NCBI GenBank assembly: GCA_964016885.1
Contig: OZ024740.1
Location: 178,684,001-178,748,000 of the forward strand
Length of the DNA stretch: 64,000 bases
Direction: 5' to 3'
Origin: Eledone cirrhosa
Lineage: Eukaryota
The position numbers were made by a program, and so were the translations under genes. The notes beneath the pieces were generated by a model. That model worked only from the letters and a program-made list of their open reading frames with translations. It had not been told where the DNA came from and did no database searches. Positions within the stretch are counted from its first letter, which is position 1. Every line of letters starts with the position of its first letter. Positions 42,529 to 56,212 of the stretch are shown piece by piece.

Positions 42529-43570
42529 AGATAAGTTTAGACTTTAAGATCCAAATATGTTTCGAGTTAAATAAGTGTAGGAATATCATGTCCCGCTCTC
42601 CTCAGTAAACATCCAGAGACAAATTGATATGCTTCACTTCTAAATAATTTAAAAGACTGCGTGGCGCACATGGCTTTACAGTATCTAACTAGTCTCATAA
42701 CCGTACTGCTAGAAATAACAGTCGTATATATGAGGCGGCTTTGCAGCTCAAACTAGGAGCAGATTAAAATTAATAAGGTAATGAATTCTTTTACAATGGA
42801 ATCAGCTCGAATGAGGAAAAATATCCCCTGAGCAGTGTATAAATTAATATGTATGTGATGAAACACAGATACCAACACATCTGTATATATATTGCGAAAT
42901 ACAGTTCGTCTCCGTTGATTTATTATTTTAAATCGATATGGACAAACTGTAGTATAATAATTAGTATACTTCAATCTGGCTAAATTTTTCTTTCGCGATA
43001 TATATACAGATGTGTTGGTATCTGTGTTTCATCACATACATATTAATTTATACACTGCTCAGGGGATATTTTTCCTCATTCGAGCTGATTCCATTGTAAA
43101 AGAATTCATTACCTTATTAATTTTAATCTGTTCCTAGTTTGAGTTGCAAAGCCGCCTCATATACACGACTGTTATTTCTAGCAGTACGGTTATGAGACTA
43201 GTTAGATACTGTAAAGCCATGTGCGCCACGCAGTCTTTTAAATTATTTAGAAGTGAAGCATATCAATTTGTCTCTGGATGTTTACTGAGGAAAGCGGGAC
43301 ATGATATTCCTACACTTATTTAACTCGAAACATATTTGGATCTTAAAGTCTAAACTTATCTACGGAACAGGTTTGATTTTGAAATTTAAATGTGTCTAAA
43401 CATCACGGCCTTTTGCCAATACAGTTCGTCTCCGTTGATTTATTATTTTAAATCGATATGGACAAACTGTAGTATAATAATTAGTATACTTCAATCTGGC
43501 TAAATTTTTCTTTCGCAATATATATACAGATGTGTTGGTATCTGTGTTTCATCACATACATAATAATTTA
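42529..43570. mobile_element. Non-coding element family I (520 bp period plus 370 bp inverted arm) with hammerhead-like cores
   Basis: 42529-42897 is the reverse complement of about 42992-43342. 42898-43050 repeats at 43418-43570. CUGAGGA-GAG...CUC-GAAA at 42560-42605 (-), with a copy at 43285-43330 (+). Stems I and III are imperfect. Confidence 0.8.
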
Positions 43571-44155
43571 TATATATATATATATATATAAATATACACG
43601 GGTGTGTATGATTGTGTATAGAAGATTATATTAATAAAAGGAATTCCAACTTTGTCTGATTTACTCGTTTTATTTACAATCCTTTAAAATTTATAATGGT
43701 ATTAGAATGAAATAGTATGGTAGAATATTCAATGTTAAGTGTTAATTGAACAAGTACCTTTATGCTTTCGCAATCTTCAGTTTCATATTGTGTGGTGACA
43801 GTCAAGTTTGCAAATTTCAACTGTAATGAGATGGGTCAATTTTGTGCCTTATATACAGTGAAAAGTGGCTCCAGATGCTAAATCTTGCAAACTGTATTTC
43901 GACCAATCGTTGTGTAGTTTCACTGGATTACTAAAGCTGATTGGTTTAGGCGTCACGGTTGGTTGAGCATGTCTAACGACTACTAATTTACCCTATCCAA
44001 AGCATCAATTGTTTTGTTATTTTTAGAAATGATGAAAATACCATTTTCTAGTAATCATCACCATCAACATCACTTTTATTATTATTATTATTGTTGTTGT
44101 TGTTGTTGTTGTTAGTGGTCGTAGTTAGAGTCATAGTAGGATTAATACCCCATTA

Positions 44156-44810
44156 TTATTGTTTATTTAGCTTGGATTTGAATTTATCAATAAAATTCTT
44201 TTCTTTCATTTTCCTCTTGATTTCACTTGGGCTGTGTAATTTGTAGAATGGAAATAATATAAATATTCCCTGACCACATGTTGCTAGATGCTTACTTAGG
44301 GGTATCTGACGGACATTTGGGTCTCTGATTTGCTGTCGGTGAACCCGTGCACGTTCCGATAGTGCATTTCCAGTTTGACCGACATATAGTTCTTCACAAT
44401 TCGGGCATTCAATGCAGTAAATTAGATTTCTGCTTTTGCAGTTCATATTTGCATTTGGGAATATTTTTCCAGTTTTTGTTTTCATATATTGACCGGCGTG
44501 TATGGATTGACATGTGCCACATCGACTCTCATTACATTTATATACAGTGAATGATTGGTCTTTGTTGTTAAGGTAAAACTTTGCTTTTGTTAGTAATTGC
44601 TTCAAATTTTTCGGCTGTCTTTTACTAAGAGTCAAAGATCGATCTGTGATTAAGCCTTTTAATTCATTACTTTGAGCAATGATCGGTAGGTTTGCTTTGG
44701 CAGTGTTGAAGATATTCTGGTGACATGGGTTGTGTGTCATTATAAATGGTATGACCAGTTCTTGGTTTCTTCCTCCTTGGGTTGTCCTAAGTTGTTGTAT
44801 AGGTATTTTC
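44156..44810 (-). pseudogene. Penelope linker plus GIY-YIG endonuclease domain (frame open)
   Basis: 220 aa ORF with LIY..C..C...YVGQT, catalytic R and E, and a terminal LN motif. Confidence 0.9.
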
Positions 44811-45074
44811 TTCTTCAATGGAAATAATTACATCCAAATTAGAGGCACAGCGATGGGAACGAAGTTTGCTCCCGTTTACGCGAACTCTGTAATGGGATAC
44901 TTAGAACAACAACTCTACCAAGAAATAGAGGAAAAATATAGCACTGACTTTAGAAAGTACATTGAAAAATCTTGGAAGAGATACCTTGACGACTGTTTCA
45001 TCATCTGGACAGAATTTCTAGATACTCTAGATGAGTTCAATATCCTCCTGAATAACCTACACCCATCCCTCCAA

Positions 45075-45640
45075 TGGCCCGCTGTATGCCATTTTCTATA
45101 AGTAGAGATGGGTATTTTTGTTTGAGAAAAGATTCTCTTAGTTCTGTTAGGCGTTTGTACCTGGTATTGGTATCTTCTACAATGGTACAAATTCTTCTGG
45201 TTAGGCAGTATGGGATGTTGCGTTTTGTATGAGGTGGATGGCACGACTTAAAATTCAGATATTGATGGGTGTCTGTGTGTTTATAATATATATCCGTAGT
45301 AATGGTGGTGTCGTTTTTGATTATCATTATATCTAGGAATGGTAATTTGGTACTACTCATCTCTTTTGTGAATTGGAGAGATGGGTGTAGGTTATTCAGG
45401 AGGATATTGAACTCATCTAGAGTATCTAGAGATTCTGTCCAAATGATGAAACAGTCGTCAAGGTATCTCTTCCAAGATTTTTCAATGTACTTTCTAAAGT
45501 CAGTGCTATATTTTTCCTCTATTTCTTGGTAGAGTTGTTGTTCTAAGTATCCCATTACAGAGTTCGCGTAAACGGGAGCAAACTTCGTTCCCATCGCTGT
45601 GCCTCTAATTTGGATGTAATTATTTCCATTGAAGAAGAAA
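45075..45640 (-). pseudogene. Penelope reverse transcriptase, C-terminal half and thumb
   Basis: FFFNGNNYIQIRGTAMG, RYLDD, SCHPPHTK, KYP motifs. Confidence 0.9.
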
Positions 45641-46256
45641 ATACCTATACAACAACTTAGGACAACCCAAGGAGGAAGAAACCAAGAACTGGTCATACCA
45701 TTTATAATGACACACAGAATATCTTCAACACTGCCAAAGCAAACCTACCGATCATTGCTCAAAGTAATGAATTAAAAGGCTTAATCACTGATCGATCTTT
45801 GTCTCTTAGTAAAAGACAGCCGAAAAATTTGAAGCAATTACTAACAAAAGCAAAGTTGGATCTTAACAACAAAGACCAATCATTCACTGTATATAAATGC
45901 AATGATAGTCGAGGTGACACATTGTCAATCCATACACGCCGGTCAATATATGAAAACAAAAACTGGAAAAATATTCCCAAATGCAAATATGAACTGCAAA
46001 AGCAGAAATCTAATTTACTGCATTAAATGCCCGAATTATGAAGAACTAAATGTCGGTCAAACTGGAAATGCACTATCGGAACGTGCACGGATACACCGAC
46101 AGCAAATCAGAAACCCAAATTCCGTCAGATATCCCTACGTAACCATCTAGCAAGAGGAAAATGAAAGAAAAGAATGTTATTGATAGATTCAAGCCCAAGC
46201 TAAATGAACAATAATAATGGGGTATTAATCCTACTATGACTATGACTACGACCACT

Positions 46257-46330
<74 letters not shown>

Positions 46331-46334
46331 AAAC

Positions 46335-46527
46335 AATAATAATTGTTTCTACTTTTGGCACAAGGCCAGCAAATAACCCAGTGTATTACTGGTACTTTAT
46401 TTTATCGACCCCGTAAGGATGAAAGGCAAAGTTAACCTCGGCGGGATTTGAACTCAGAATGGCAAGGGCCGTAACTCGATGCGTCAAAGCATGGTGTCCG
46501 ACCCTCTACCGATACTGCCAATTCACC
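46335..46527 (-). mobile_element. SINE family 1 inserted in the (AAC/AAT)n tract of one Penelope arm
   Basis: Absent from the left arm (44075-44115). Confidence 0.9.
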
Positions 46528-46844
46528 AACAACAACAATAATAATAATAATAAATTTGATGTTGATGGTGATGATTACTAGAAAATGGTATTTTCATCAT
46601 TTCTAAAAATAGCAAAACAATTGATGCTTTGGATTGGGTCAATTAGTAGTCGTTAGACATGCTCAACCAACCGTGACGCCTAAACCAATCAGCTTTAATA
46701 ATCCAGTGAAACTACACATCGATTGGTCGAAATACAGTTTGCAAGATTTAGCAGTCTGGAGCCACTTTTCACTGTATATAAGGCACAAAATTGACCCATC
46801 TCATTACAGTTGAAATTTGCAAACTTGACTGTCACCACACAATA

Positions 46845-46883
46845 TGAACCTGAAGATTGCGAAAGCATAAAAGTACTTGTTCA
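46845..46883 (+). ncRNA. Penelope pLTR hammerhead, G12>A degenerate
   Basis: UGAAC-CUGAAGA-U-UGC-GAAA-GCA-U-aAAA-GUA-CUU^GUUCA. More decayed mirror copy at about 43747-43785. Confidence 0.65.
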
Positions 46884-46995
46884 ATTAACACTTAACATTG
46901 AATATTCTACCATACTATTTCATTCTAATACCATTATAAATTTTAAAGGATTGTAAATAAAACGAGTAAATCAGACAACGTTGGAATTACTTTTA

Positions 46996-47076
<81 letters not shown>

Positions 47077-47080
<4 letters not shown>

Positions 47081-48062
47081 TAAAACATGTCTATAGAATC
47101 ACCAGATAAAATATATACCGTTTCCTCTCCCAATTAGCATAATTAACCATATACAAAATCAATTAGACAAAACTATATGAATAAAGGCTCCTATGAAGAA
47201 ATCTCCGACTAATAACCGAAAATAGCTTAGTCTAATTGATTTTTTATATGGTTAATTATGCTAATTGGGAGAGGAAACGGTATGTATTTTATCTGGTGAT
47301 TCTATAGACATGTTTTATGATATATAGCTCTGATTATTTAATTTATTAATTCTTCATTGAGCCACAAAGTGACCCGTTGCAAAACACATATATATTTATG
47401 ATTTATATATATATATGTAAACCTATATATGTAATAATCTCCCGTTAGGTTGAGATACAATTGTGGCTGTATTGGGCTGCGCTTTCTAGCAAAAAGCCTA
47501 CCAGCCGTAAGCAACTAATCACATCCTTTCTAACTTGACCGCTGCCACGTCACGGTTCTTAGCCATTTTTTAATGTATTCTTGGCGCGATCACTTTGGAA
47601 AATTAATTGTCTAAATTTGAGCTAACTTCCTGAAGAATCCGAAGCTCTAGATATCCAACGTTATCGGATGTCTTAAAATGCGGATGAAACCATGGTAGAG
47701 GTAATTAAATATGTACACTTTTCTTCTAGTTTATTTTACACCTAATTCTGTTTAGTTGACTGTATATCTGGTCGATTCATACATGCTGTCGAAATATTCG
47801 ATAAATAATCCGTCGTAACCGCCGCGAAGGGGATTTCTTCATAGGAGCCTTTATTCTTATAGCTTGGTCTAATTGATTTTTTATATGGTTAATTATGCTA
47901 ATTGGGAGAGGAAACGGTATATATTTTATCTGGTGATTCTATAGACATGTTTTATGATATATAGCTCTGATTATTTAATTTATTAATTCTTCATTGAGCC
48001 ACAAAGTGACCCGTTGCAAAACATATATATTTATGATTTTATATATATATGTATGTAAACAT
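47077..48062 (+). mobile_element. Non-coding hammerhead element family A, copy 2 (637 bp period plus inverted arm)
   Basis: 47223-47425 repeats at 47860-48060. 47077-47203 is the reverse complement of about 47832-47960. Shares gggctgcgctttctagc, ctgccacgtcac and cattgagccaca with 11958-13080. Confidence 0.87.
47626..47701 (+). ncRNA. Type I hammerhead ribozyme (intact core)
   Basis: CUUC-CUGAAGA-AUCCG...CGGAU-GAAA-CCAUG-GUA^GAGG. Stem III ACCAUGGU is palindromic. Confidence 0.85.
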
Positions 48063-48079
48063 ATATATATATAAGTTTA

Positions 48080-48265
48080 TTCCGGGTTCAATCGAGCGTA
48101 ACCACAGTAAGTAAGGTACTCAATTCATAGCAGAGTATAAATATTTAATATAGAAATGGCCTCTACAGGACTAGAACTGTTTCATTCGGCAGAAATCATC
48201 AGGAAGCTGACTGATGATTTCTCTCGAATGAAACAATTATAGTCCTGTAGAAGCCATTTCTATAT

Positions 48266-48272
<7 letters not shown>
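48080..48272. mobile_element. Fold-back element family C, copy 2, two head-to-head hammerhead-like cores
   Basis: Palindrome 48141-48272. CUGAUGA-U-UUC-NNNN-GAA-U-GAAA..GUC at 48211-48244 (+) and 48169-48202 (-). Confidence 0.75.
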
Positions 48273-48349
<77 letters not shown>

Positions 48350-48436
48350 GAAGTTCTATTTAAATTGTTGGGATACAACAAGCAAATATTTTTATAACTG
48401 ATATAAAGCACTCAACAAATAATTGGAGTAAAAACG

Positions 48437-48767
48437 ATATTAACAAATGGAAACTATATTTATAAAACCATATTTATTTCATTATACATATTTCAAGGAC
48501 ACGAAGTTAAATTACGGTGTGCTTTCATCAGATAAAATATAATATAGAGCAGTTTTATAAATAAATATTGACATACCCTTAAAGAATGCAACCATTACGG
48601 GAGCTTCCAACAGTAATGGTTGCATTCTTTAAGGGTATGTCAATATTTATTTATAAAACTGCTCTATATTATATTTTATCTGATGAAAGCACACCATAAT
48701 TTAACTTGGTGTCCTTGAAATATGTATAATGAAATAAATATGGTTTTATAAATATAGTTTCCATTTG

Positions 48768-48774
<7 letters not shown>
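48437..48774. mobile_element. Fold-back element family J (162 bp arms, 14 bp loop) with a hammerhead-like core in each arm
   Basis: Near-perfect palindrome. CUGAUGA-AAG..CACCA..UGGUG..CUU-GAAA-UAU-GUA at 48680-48726. Confidence 0.8.
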
Positions 48775-48807
<33 letters not shown>

Positions 48808-50055
48808 GTCATAATAATAAATGTGAAGACAAAAATCCAAAGAGCGCTCGATAAGGATAAATATATATATCAAATATATAAGAACACTAGAGTAAATATT
48901 TATTAAAATAACAGATTAAGGTTTAAGCAGCGATTCTTTGCTTAAACTTTAATCTGTTATATTAATATAAATATATATATACATACATATATATATATAT
49001 GTGTGGGTGTGTGTGTGTGGGGCGGGGTATGTGTATTTGCAAGTAAATTATCGAGAGGATTGAAAATCGTAGAAAATACAAAAATCTTAAATGCAGAATG
49101 TAATTTCAAGTCGGTTACTATAAATTGGATAAAATAAAATAAAACTTAGAAAATCGGATAAAATAACCGTATAGACGGGAAAAAAATGCCCAGTAACCGT
49201 TCCAGACGATCGAACGTTACACTTCTCAAATTTCAGTTGGCGGTGTCTAGTGGCGGTAGAGATACGTATTTATTTTGATTTTCTTCTAGTTAATAAAAGT
49301 GATATTGTGTGATTTTGAGAGGTTTTCAAGGAAACTTAAAAACTTTATTTATTCGATATCCAAATTAAATATTATTGTAGTTGTGTGTGGGGCCCGTTGT
49401 CCTTTCCTGGCAACCATTATTTTTAGACGCAGTCCGCTAAATAATACTACACATGTAAGTGTGTGTGTGTGTATGTGTGTGTGTGTGATCATTTGTACAC
49501 AAGCTAAGAGATGATATCAGGGTGTTTGTATGTGATTGATTCAGAATGTCAGTGCGAATAACTGTATACGGCTATCAGCACGTGGGATCCCATTTGCTCA
49601 CTATACTGAGAGATGGGGCGGGCGAGAGAAATGGAGGCGATGACAGTGGGTGTTCGGCTCTTCCATGTTCGGACCATTTCCTTGAGGTTGTTTCCATTAA
49701 GCAGTTAATGAGTCTATTTATGCATAGACATAGGTACTGTTGTCACTGTGTTATACCTCTATTAAAGATAAATATTTTTCATTACCTTTTAAAAATATCT
49801 CATTGAACTAGTTGTACGAAATGTATTTAGCTAAAAGTACTTAATTGTGAATTTCATCTGTTAATTTACATCAGAATTAAGTAGCACACTCTTGCATGCT
49901 TTCAATCATTACTAAGCCATATAATTTGAAAAAAAGCAAAAGCTCTAGAAACAGAAATCGAACAATCGTAATGACTTATGTGTCACAATTTTGCTGGAAA
50001 CTTAAAAAATACGTACGTCGTCAGTTGAAGTATTTTTAATTATTTTCCAAGATTA

Positions 50056-50232
50056 TGCAGTATTGGTAGAGGGTCGGACGCCATCTTTCGAGCATAGTTA
50101 CGTCCCTTTACGGTCTGAGTTCAAATCCTGCCGAGGTTAACTTTGCCTTTCATCCTTACGGGGTCGATGAAATAAAGTACCAGTAATACACTGGGTAATT
50201 GCTGGCCTTGTGCCAAAAGTAGAAACAATTAT
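50056..50232 (+). mobile_element. SINE family 1
   Basis: B-box gagttcaaatcc and the shared body. Confidence 0.88.
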
Positions 50233-50486
50233 AATTTGATTCATTAGAGGTTTGGTTATAAAACATTTAGAATATTAAATTACATTTGTGATTATATAAA
50301 TATTTTCTGCATAATATTTATCTTACTAGTGTTAGGATTAAAAAGTCTTCAATTTTAGCTTTTTTGTTTAATGTAGGTAAATATATGTACACAATAATGT
50401 TTTTATATATATATATATATATTACAGTATCTATCTGTCTACCTCTCTACATCTATGTCTTTATCCATTTCCGATACTTGTCCATG

Positions 50487-50558
<72 letters not shown>

Positions 50559-50970
50559 TCTCTCTCTCAACACACACACACAAATACACACGCGCACACA
50601 CAAAATTACACACATACACAAACGCACGCACACACACACATACACATACAAGCGCACACAGACAAGCATACACAAAAACGTACAGGTAGAATTATTCGCG
50701 TACATAGAGACATTCTTTCCCTCTCTGTAGATACCTGTTTTACCAATTTCTGTCAATATATACATACTTCTGTAACAGAATATGTGTATACTGTATATAT
50801 ATATATATAAAGTTTGTTTTAAAGTCTGTATCTATATATATATATAAATATATATGTGTGTGTGCGTGTGTCTGTGTGTGTCTGTGTGAGTGTATATAGC
50901 GTATATGTTCTGTAACATAGAATTATGCATATATTGACAGAAATCGGTAAAACAGGTATATACATATATG

Positions 50971-51136
<166 letters not shown>

Positions 51137-51931
51137 AGAGAGTGATTGTGTGTGCGTGTGTGTGTGTTTATCTGCGTCTAACAAGCTTTGGAATTGTGCA
51201 GTGTCCGTTGGAAGCAACTTTGCGGAAAAATTTAGTTTCTTCACCTGGGAATATATCAATGTGTAAATGCGTATAAATATTTTTATGGAAAAATATCTAT
51301 AGAAATGCAATTCTATATAAATTCTTATGAAAGACCTATCACTGAAAAAGTATAGCTGTTCATACTTTCGCCATAGCTTTGATTGGCAGTTAGAACTTTT
51401 AGTTATGAGGAAAATGTATGTATTTTTTCTGAAATAGTATTTTTATATATGATTGAAAATAGCATACTAAAAAAAGAAACAATGAACATATGTTCGTGGA
51501 TGTATGGCGTGTGGAGGATTCTTGAACATCATGTTTGTGTTAAAATAAAATGTTTATGAATATTTCATTACTATTTTTTGTTGGGGTGATTGAATTAAGT
51601 AATAAGAGAGGTTTGCTGTTGTTATGCATGTTTTAAAGTTTATTGTGTGTTGTAGGTTAAAGTAGAGAAACAATTGTTGATCAAAGTAAATTAGTTATTT
51701 TAAAGCAAGGCGAAAATAAAGTTAGCAGGTACAGTAAAAGAGGGAGAGTGTGAGAAAGAATGAAATTTAAAAAAACAAAGGGAAGTGTTTTAACTGACAG
51801 AATGGGCACATATTGCGATGAATGTGTTTGGACTGTTATGGAATAAATAATATATGCATATATACACATGATTGCACTAACAGAAGAAAAACAGGAAAAC
51901 ATAATGGTCTGTTTTCTCTGTTAAATTTCTA

Positions 51932-51990
51932 GCTGCCCGATGAGGTCATAGCTGTTGAATAATGGTTATCACCAAAATATGTATTGCAGC
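51932..51990 (+). ncRNA. Degenerate hammerhead, family L
   Basis: GCUGC-CcGAUGA-GGU...ACC-aAAA-UAUGU-AUU-GCAGC. Stems intact, two core substitutions. Confidence 0.6.
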
Positions 51991-52272
51991 GAAGTTAATT
52001 TTAACGAAGTTAATTTTAACCAGTTGACTTTCACGTCTTGTTTTTAAATTACTTCGGAATAAAAATATCCACCTGCGCACTTCGTTTAGTGCTCTAAGCT
52101 GCATAATGAAGTGTCGGTAGTCAACCGAAACACGGCCACTGACTTGCAATTAAATAATATGCGTGCACTCAGTACATCGAGATGAAGTTTCACTACTGCA
52201 ATCTTATTGATTTGTTGAGTGAGAGTGACATAGCTGGAGGTTGATGAAATAACATCAGTGACTTTCGTAAAT

Positions 52273-52343
<71 letters not shown>

Positions 52344-52832
52344 ATATACATGCACACACACACACACATATATATATATATTGACCCGCCTAAAATCGGG
52401 GGTTTTCCCTTGCCGGAATTAATACGTGATAGCTATAGATACGATAAGCAGCATGTAGCAGCAACATATATTTTATCACTCCGGTCCTAGGCAGAACGAA
52501 AAACCTTTTGATAAACTGAATCCTCCGTTCGATCACCAATACCATGAGCCATTCACGTAAGTCTGATATTTGATTTCGGATTCAAAGAAACATTTTAAAC
52601 GATTGATCGTTTGATTTGTCCAGGTGTACTTTCAACCTGATTAGTTCTATCGTTACTTTGGTATATATTGTGTGTTAGATTCGCCTACCACAATGTTCGA
52701 TTTGTCAAGCTATTTAAACGTATGTTATTACTCTAAGGCCATATCTTATCGAGTGATTTGCTAACTCATCATTTCATATAAGTAGGCCGAATTTACTTGC
52801 AAAACGCCAGAGATTCGATTTTACTGATTTCC

Positions 52833-52935
<103 letters not shown>

Positions 52936-52938
52936 CAA

Positions 52939-53048
<110 letters not shown>

Positions 53049-53168
53049 GTGTGTATATAGTTCTTTGAGTAAACAATGCCACATTTCGGATCTGGGCATA
53101 TCAACGAATTAACAAGTAAACTCTATTGTTCCATCACTGTTTTCCTGCTTTTTTCTGTTCAACCACTA

Positions 53169-53222
53169 GCTGCCCCTGATGAGCTTATAGCTGTTGAATA
53201 GTGGTTATCACTGAAATATGAA
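53169..53222 (+). ncRNA. Degenerate hammerhead, family L
   Basis: CUGAUGA..UAGCUGUU..GGUUAUCACU-GAAA-UAUG, homologous to 51932-51990. Confidence 0.55.
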
Positions 53223-53781
53223 TAAACAAAGTTAATTTTAACCTGTTGACTAGCACTTCTTGTTTATGTATATATATATATATATATATATATACAGTGT
53301 ATCTATACAAAAACACAGCCAGTGCCCTTGCAATTAACTAATATGCGTGCACTCAGAACATCGAGTTAGTCCACGCTCGCGCCCATACAAAATCTATATA
53401 CATAACTTTGTGCAAAACAAAAATCTATAAATAACATGTAAATATATGCATAATTTAGAATTTAACTTATTTTCATTGCCTATCGAGGCATCTAATGCTG
53501 CATCGCTTGACACGTGAGCGGGTTAAACGTTTGGCTATGTTATACCTAGAGTTTTTAGAAGACTTTCTGCATGATGCTAGAAGTATTAACACCCCGAAGC
53601 ATTCGCCAGACTTTCTGTCCAATTTTTCCATCTTCATGTACTTTACATGATGGGAATATTATTATATATTATGATGGACTATTAATGTAATAATCTGCAT
53701 CGAGACGAATACATTTCTAAATATATATTTTACATTGCCTCTTAAGTCAACCCAGATTTAAACACACATTTACTCACTCCC

Positions 53782-53864
<83 letters not shown>

Positions 53865-53867
<3 letters not shown>

Positions 53868-55156
53868 GGTGGTGCATATTTCCTGTTACAAAGTTTTAAA
53901 TCAATTTAAAAATACATTACGTTGCTAATTTAACTAATATATTTGTATCAAATCCATGCACTATAACCATATTAACTATTTTTCAGAACATTACTCCATT
54001 AACAATTTGCAATATCCATAGAATTGAAAAGAAAGTTCATAATAGAGAAACATGAAAAAGGCCTGACTCCACCCAAGATGGGGAAAATTCTTAAGATCAA
54101 TAGAATGTTGATCAAAAGGACAATCGATAGATTTAAAGAAACTTCCTCGACTAAAGACAGACCTCAATCTGGACGCCCTCGCACCTCAAGAACACCAAAA
54201 CTCGTTAAAAGTGTGAGGGAAAAAATAAGGCGTAATCCAAGAAGGTCCATGAGAAAAATGGCAGAAGATGCAGAAACATCGCCGAGAACTATGTGGAGGA
54301 TATGACGAGCTGATCTGGGGATGTCACCCTATAAGTTCCAAAAGAGGCAACTTCTTTCTGCAGCCACAATTGAAAAGAGGCTCTCCAGAAGTAAAATGTT
54401 ATTGAACCGTATCAAGGATGGCACGCTGCAAAACATCATCTTTACAAATGAGAAGTTATTCACTGTGCAGCAGTCTCACAATCATCAAAATGATCGAGTA
54501 CTTGCAAAAAGTCTCAAATTAATTCCTTCAAGTGTAGGAAAAGTGTCCAGAACACAGAAACCAGCATCAATGATGGTTTGGGAAGCCATTTCTGAAAGAG
54601 AGAAGTCTCCTCTGATTTTTGTGCCTCAAGAAGTTAAAATTAACAAACTTTACATAAAAGATATTTTGGAAGGAGCACTAATGCCATGGTGCACATCTGT
54701 TTATGGCGATGACATTTGGACTCTCCAACAAGATGGAGCGACGAGCCACACTGCTCGCGTAACACAACAGTGGTGTAGAGACCATTGTCCTGCATGGATC
54801 AGTAAGGAAGAGTGTCCTCCCACATCACCAGACTTCAACCCTCTCTATTTTTCTTTAGGGTCAATTCTTGAGAGTGAAGCCTGCTCTACTCCTAGCCAAA
54901 ATATTGAAACTCTAACATCAAAACTGAATAAAGTATGGGAGAAAATACCCATGGAAACTGTTCGTGCAGCCATCGAAGACTTTCCAAGAAGTCTTCGAGC
55001 AGTAGTGAGAGCTAGAGTAAAGCATTTCGAATAAATTTGTGTGCAGTTGTTTAATTGTATATTACTTACTATTTGTTGAAGTTAGATCTTGAAATAAATG
55101 TTTTTTTCAAGAACTATTTGCATTTTATTTTGTAACAGTTTTTATGCTCCACCCTG
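53865..55156 (+). mobile_element. Tc1/mariner superfamily DD37D (maT) transposon, full length, inactive
   Basis: TIRs CAGGGTGGtGCATA..CTGTTACAAA / TTTGTAACAG..TATGCtCCACCCTG, inserted in (TA)n. 37 residues lie between QQD and the SPDFNPL[Y] position. Confidence 0.93.
54024..55034 (+). pseudogene. Transposase (HTH, GRPR, DDD domain) with an internal stop and mutated catalytic residues
   Basis: Stop at 54303-54305. FTNEK (D>N) and NPLY (D>Y). Confidence 0.9.
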
Positions 55157-55358
55157 TATATATATAAATAAATAAATAAATAAATATATATATATATATA
55201 TATACGCACACACGAGTCGAGTATATGTATACATTCGCACATACATTCTTCTATCTATGTGCACACTTCTAAATTCATAAGTTTAGCACCTCCGGTATAA
55301 GAAATAAGTTCACAAAGATAATCCTATTTATATATACACGCACACACACACACACACG

Positions 55359-55437
<79 letters not shown>

Positions 55438-55989
55438 TCCCCAATTATATAAATGAATATATGTAGCTTGTATTATCTAGAGAACTAAATATTTTCGTTT
55501 ACACACGCATATTTATAAGTGTATGTGTTTTTGTGTATGTAAAAGTGTGATAGAAAACATCCTTTTAGAAACAGTGTTAGAAAAAAGATCGAATAAATAT
55601 ACACGCCATATTTTTGCTTTGTTAACAAGCCTTGCTAATATTTGTACATTCACCGTTCGTTTTGAATACCTTTCCAAAATTCCTCTTAAATAGCATTTCT
55701 ACATTTTGTCGAAGATTTTTGGTAACGTTTCTATTTATTTCTTCTCATTTCTATTTTTGTGTGTATTTCTTTCTTGCTTTCTGCGTGTGTTGTATGTGTT
55801 ATTGTAGATGTCATTGTGTTTTAGTTGTTGATATTCTAATTTTTACATTTTCACTACATCAATGACGCAACGTATGACCGAATCCACATTTATATGTTAG
55901 AAGTCTGGTTAAAGAAATATTCGAGTGTTCCAGAGAAAACACTTGGAAGCGTTAAGCAACGTAATGTTCGTTTCTATAGATATATTCAG

Positions 55990-56117
<128 letters not shown>

Positions 56118-56212
56118 TTTTGAGTATATGTTGGTTGTATACCAACACCTCAGTATGCAGGCTGGAGCACTCGACGAAGTGCGCAGGTTGGTTTGGTTAC
56201 TCCGGAGTAATG

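Larger units (their letters stand above)
43626..47002. mobile_element. Penelope-like element (partial RT plus GIY-YIG) arranged as a 3.4 kb palindrome
   Basis: RT GTAMGTKFAP..RYLDD..LPFLD..YYKHT. Endonuclease NLIYCIECPNCEELYVGQT..R..H with Cys-rich linker CNESRCGTC. Arms 43626-45072 and 45373-47002. Confidence 0.93.

Noticed and set aside
44730-45101. ORF MTSSWFLPPWVVLSCCIG fused to RT as a novel signal-peptide RT
   Set aside because: The N-terminal part is the antisense of the Penelope linker across the inversion junction.
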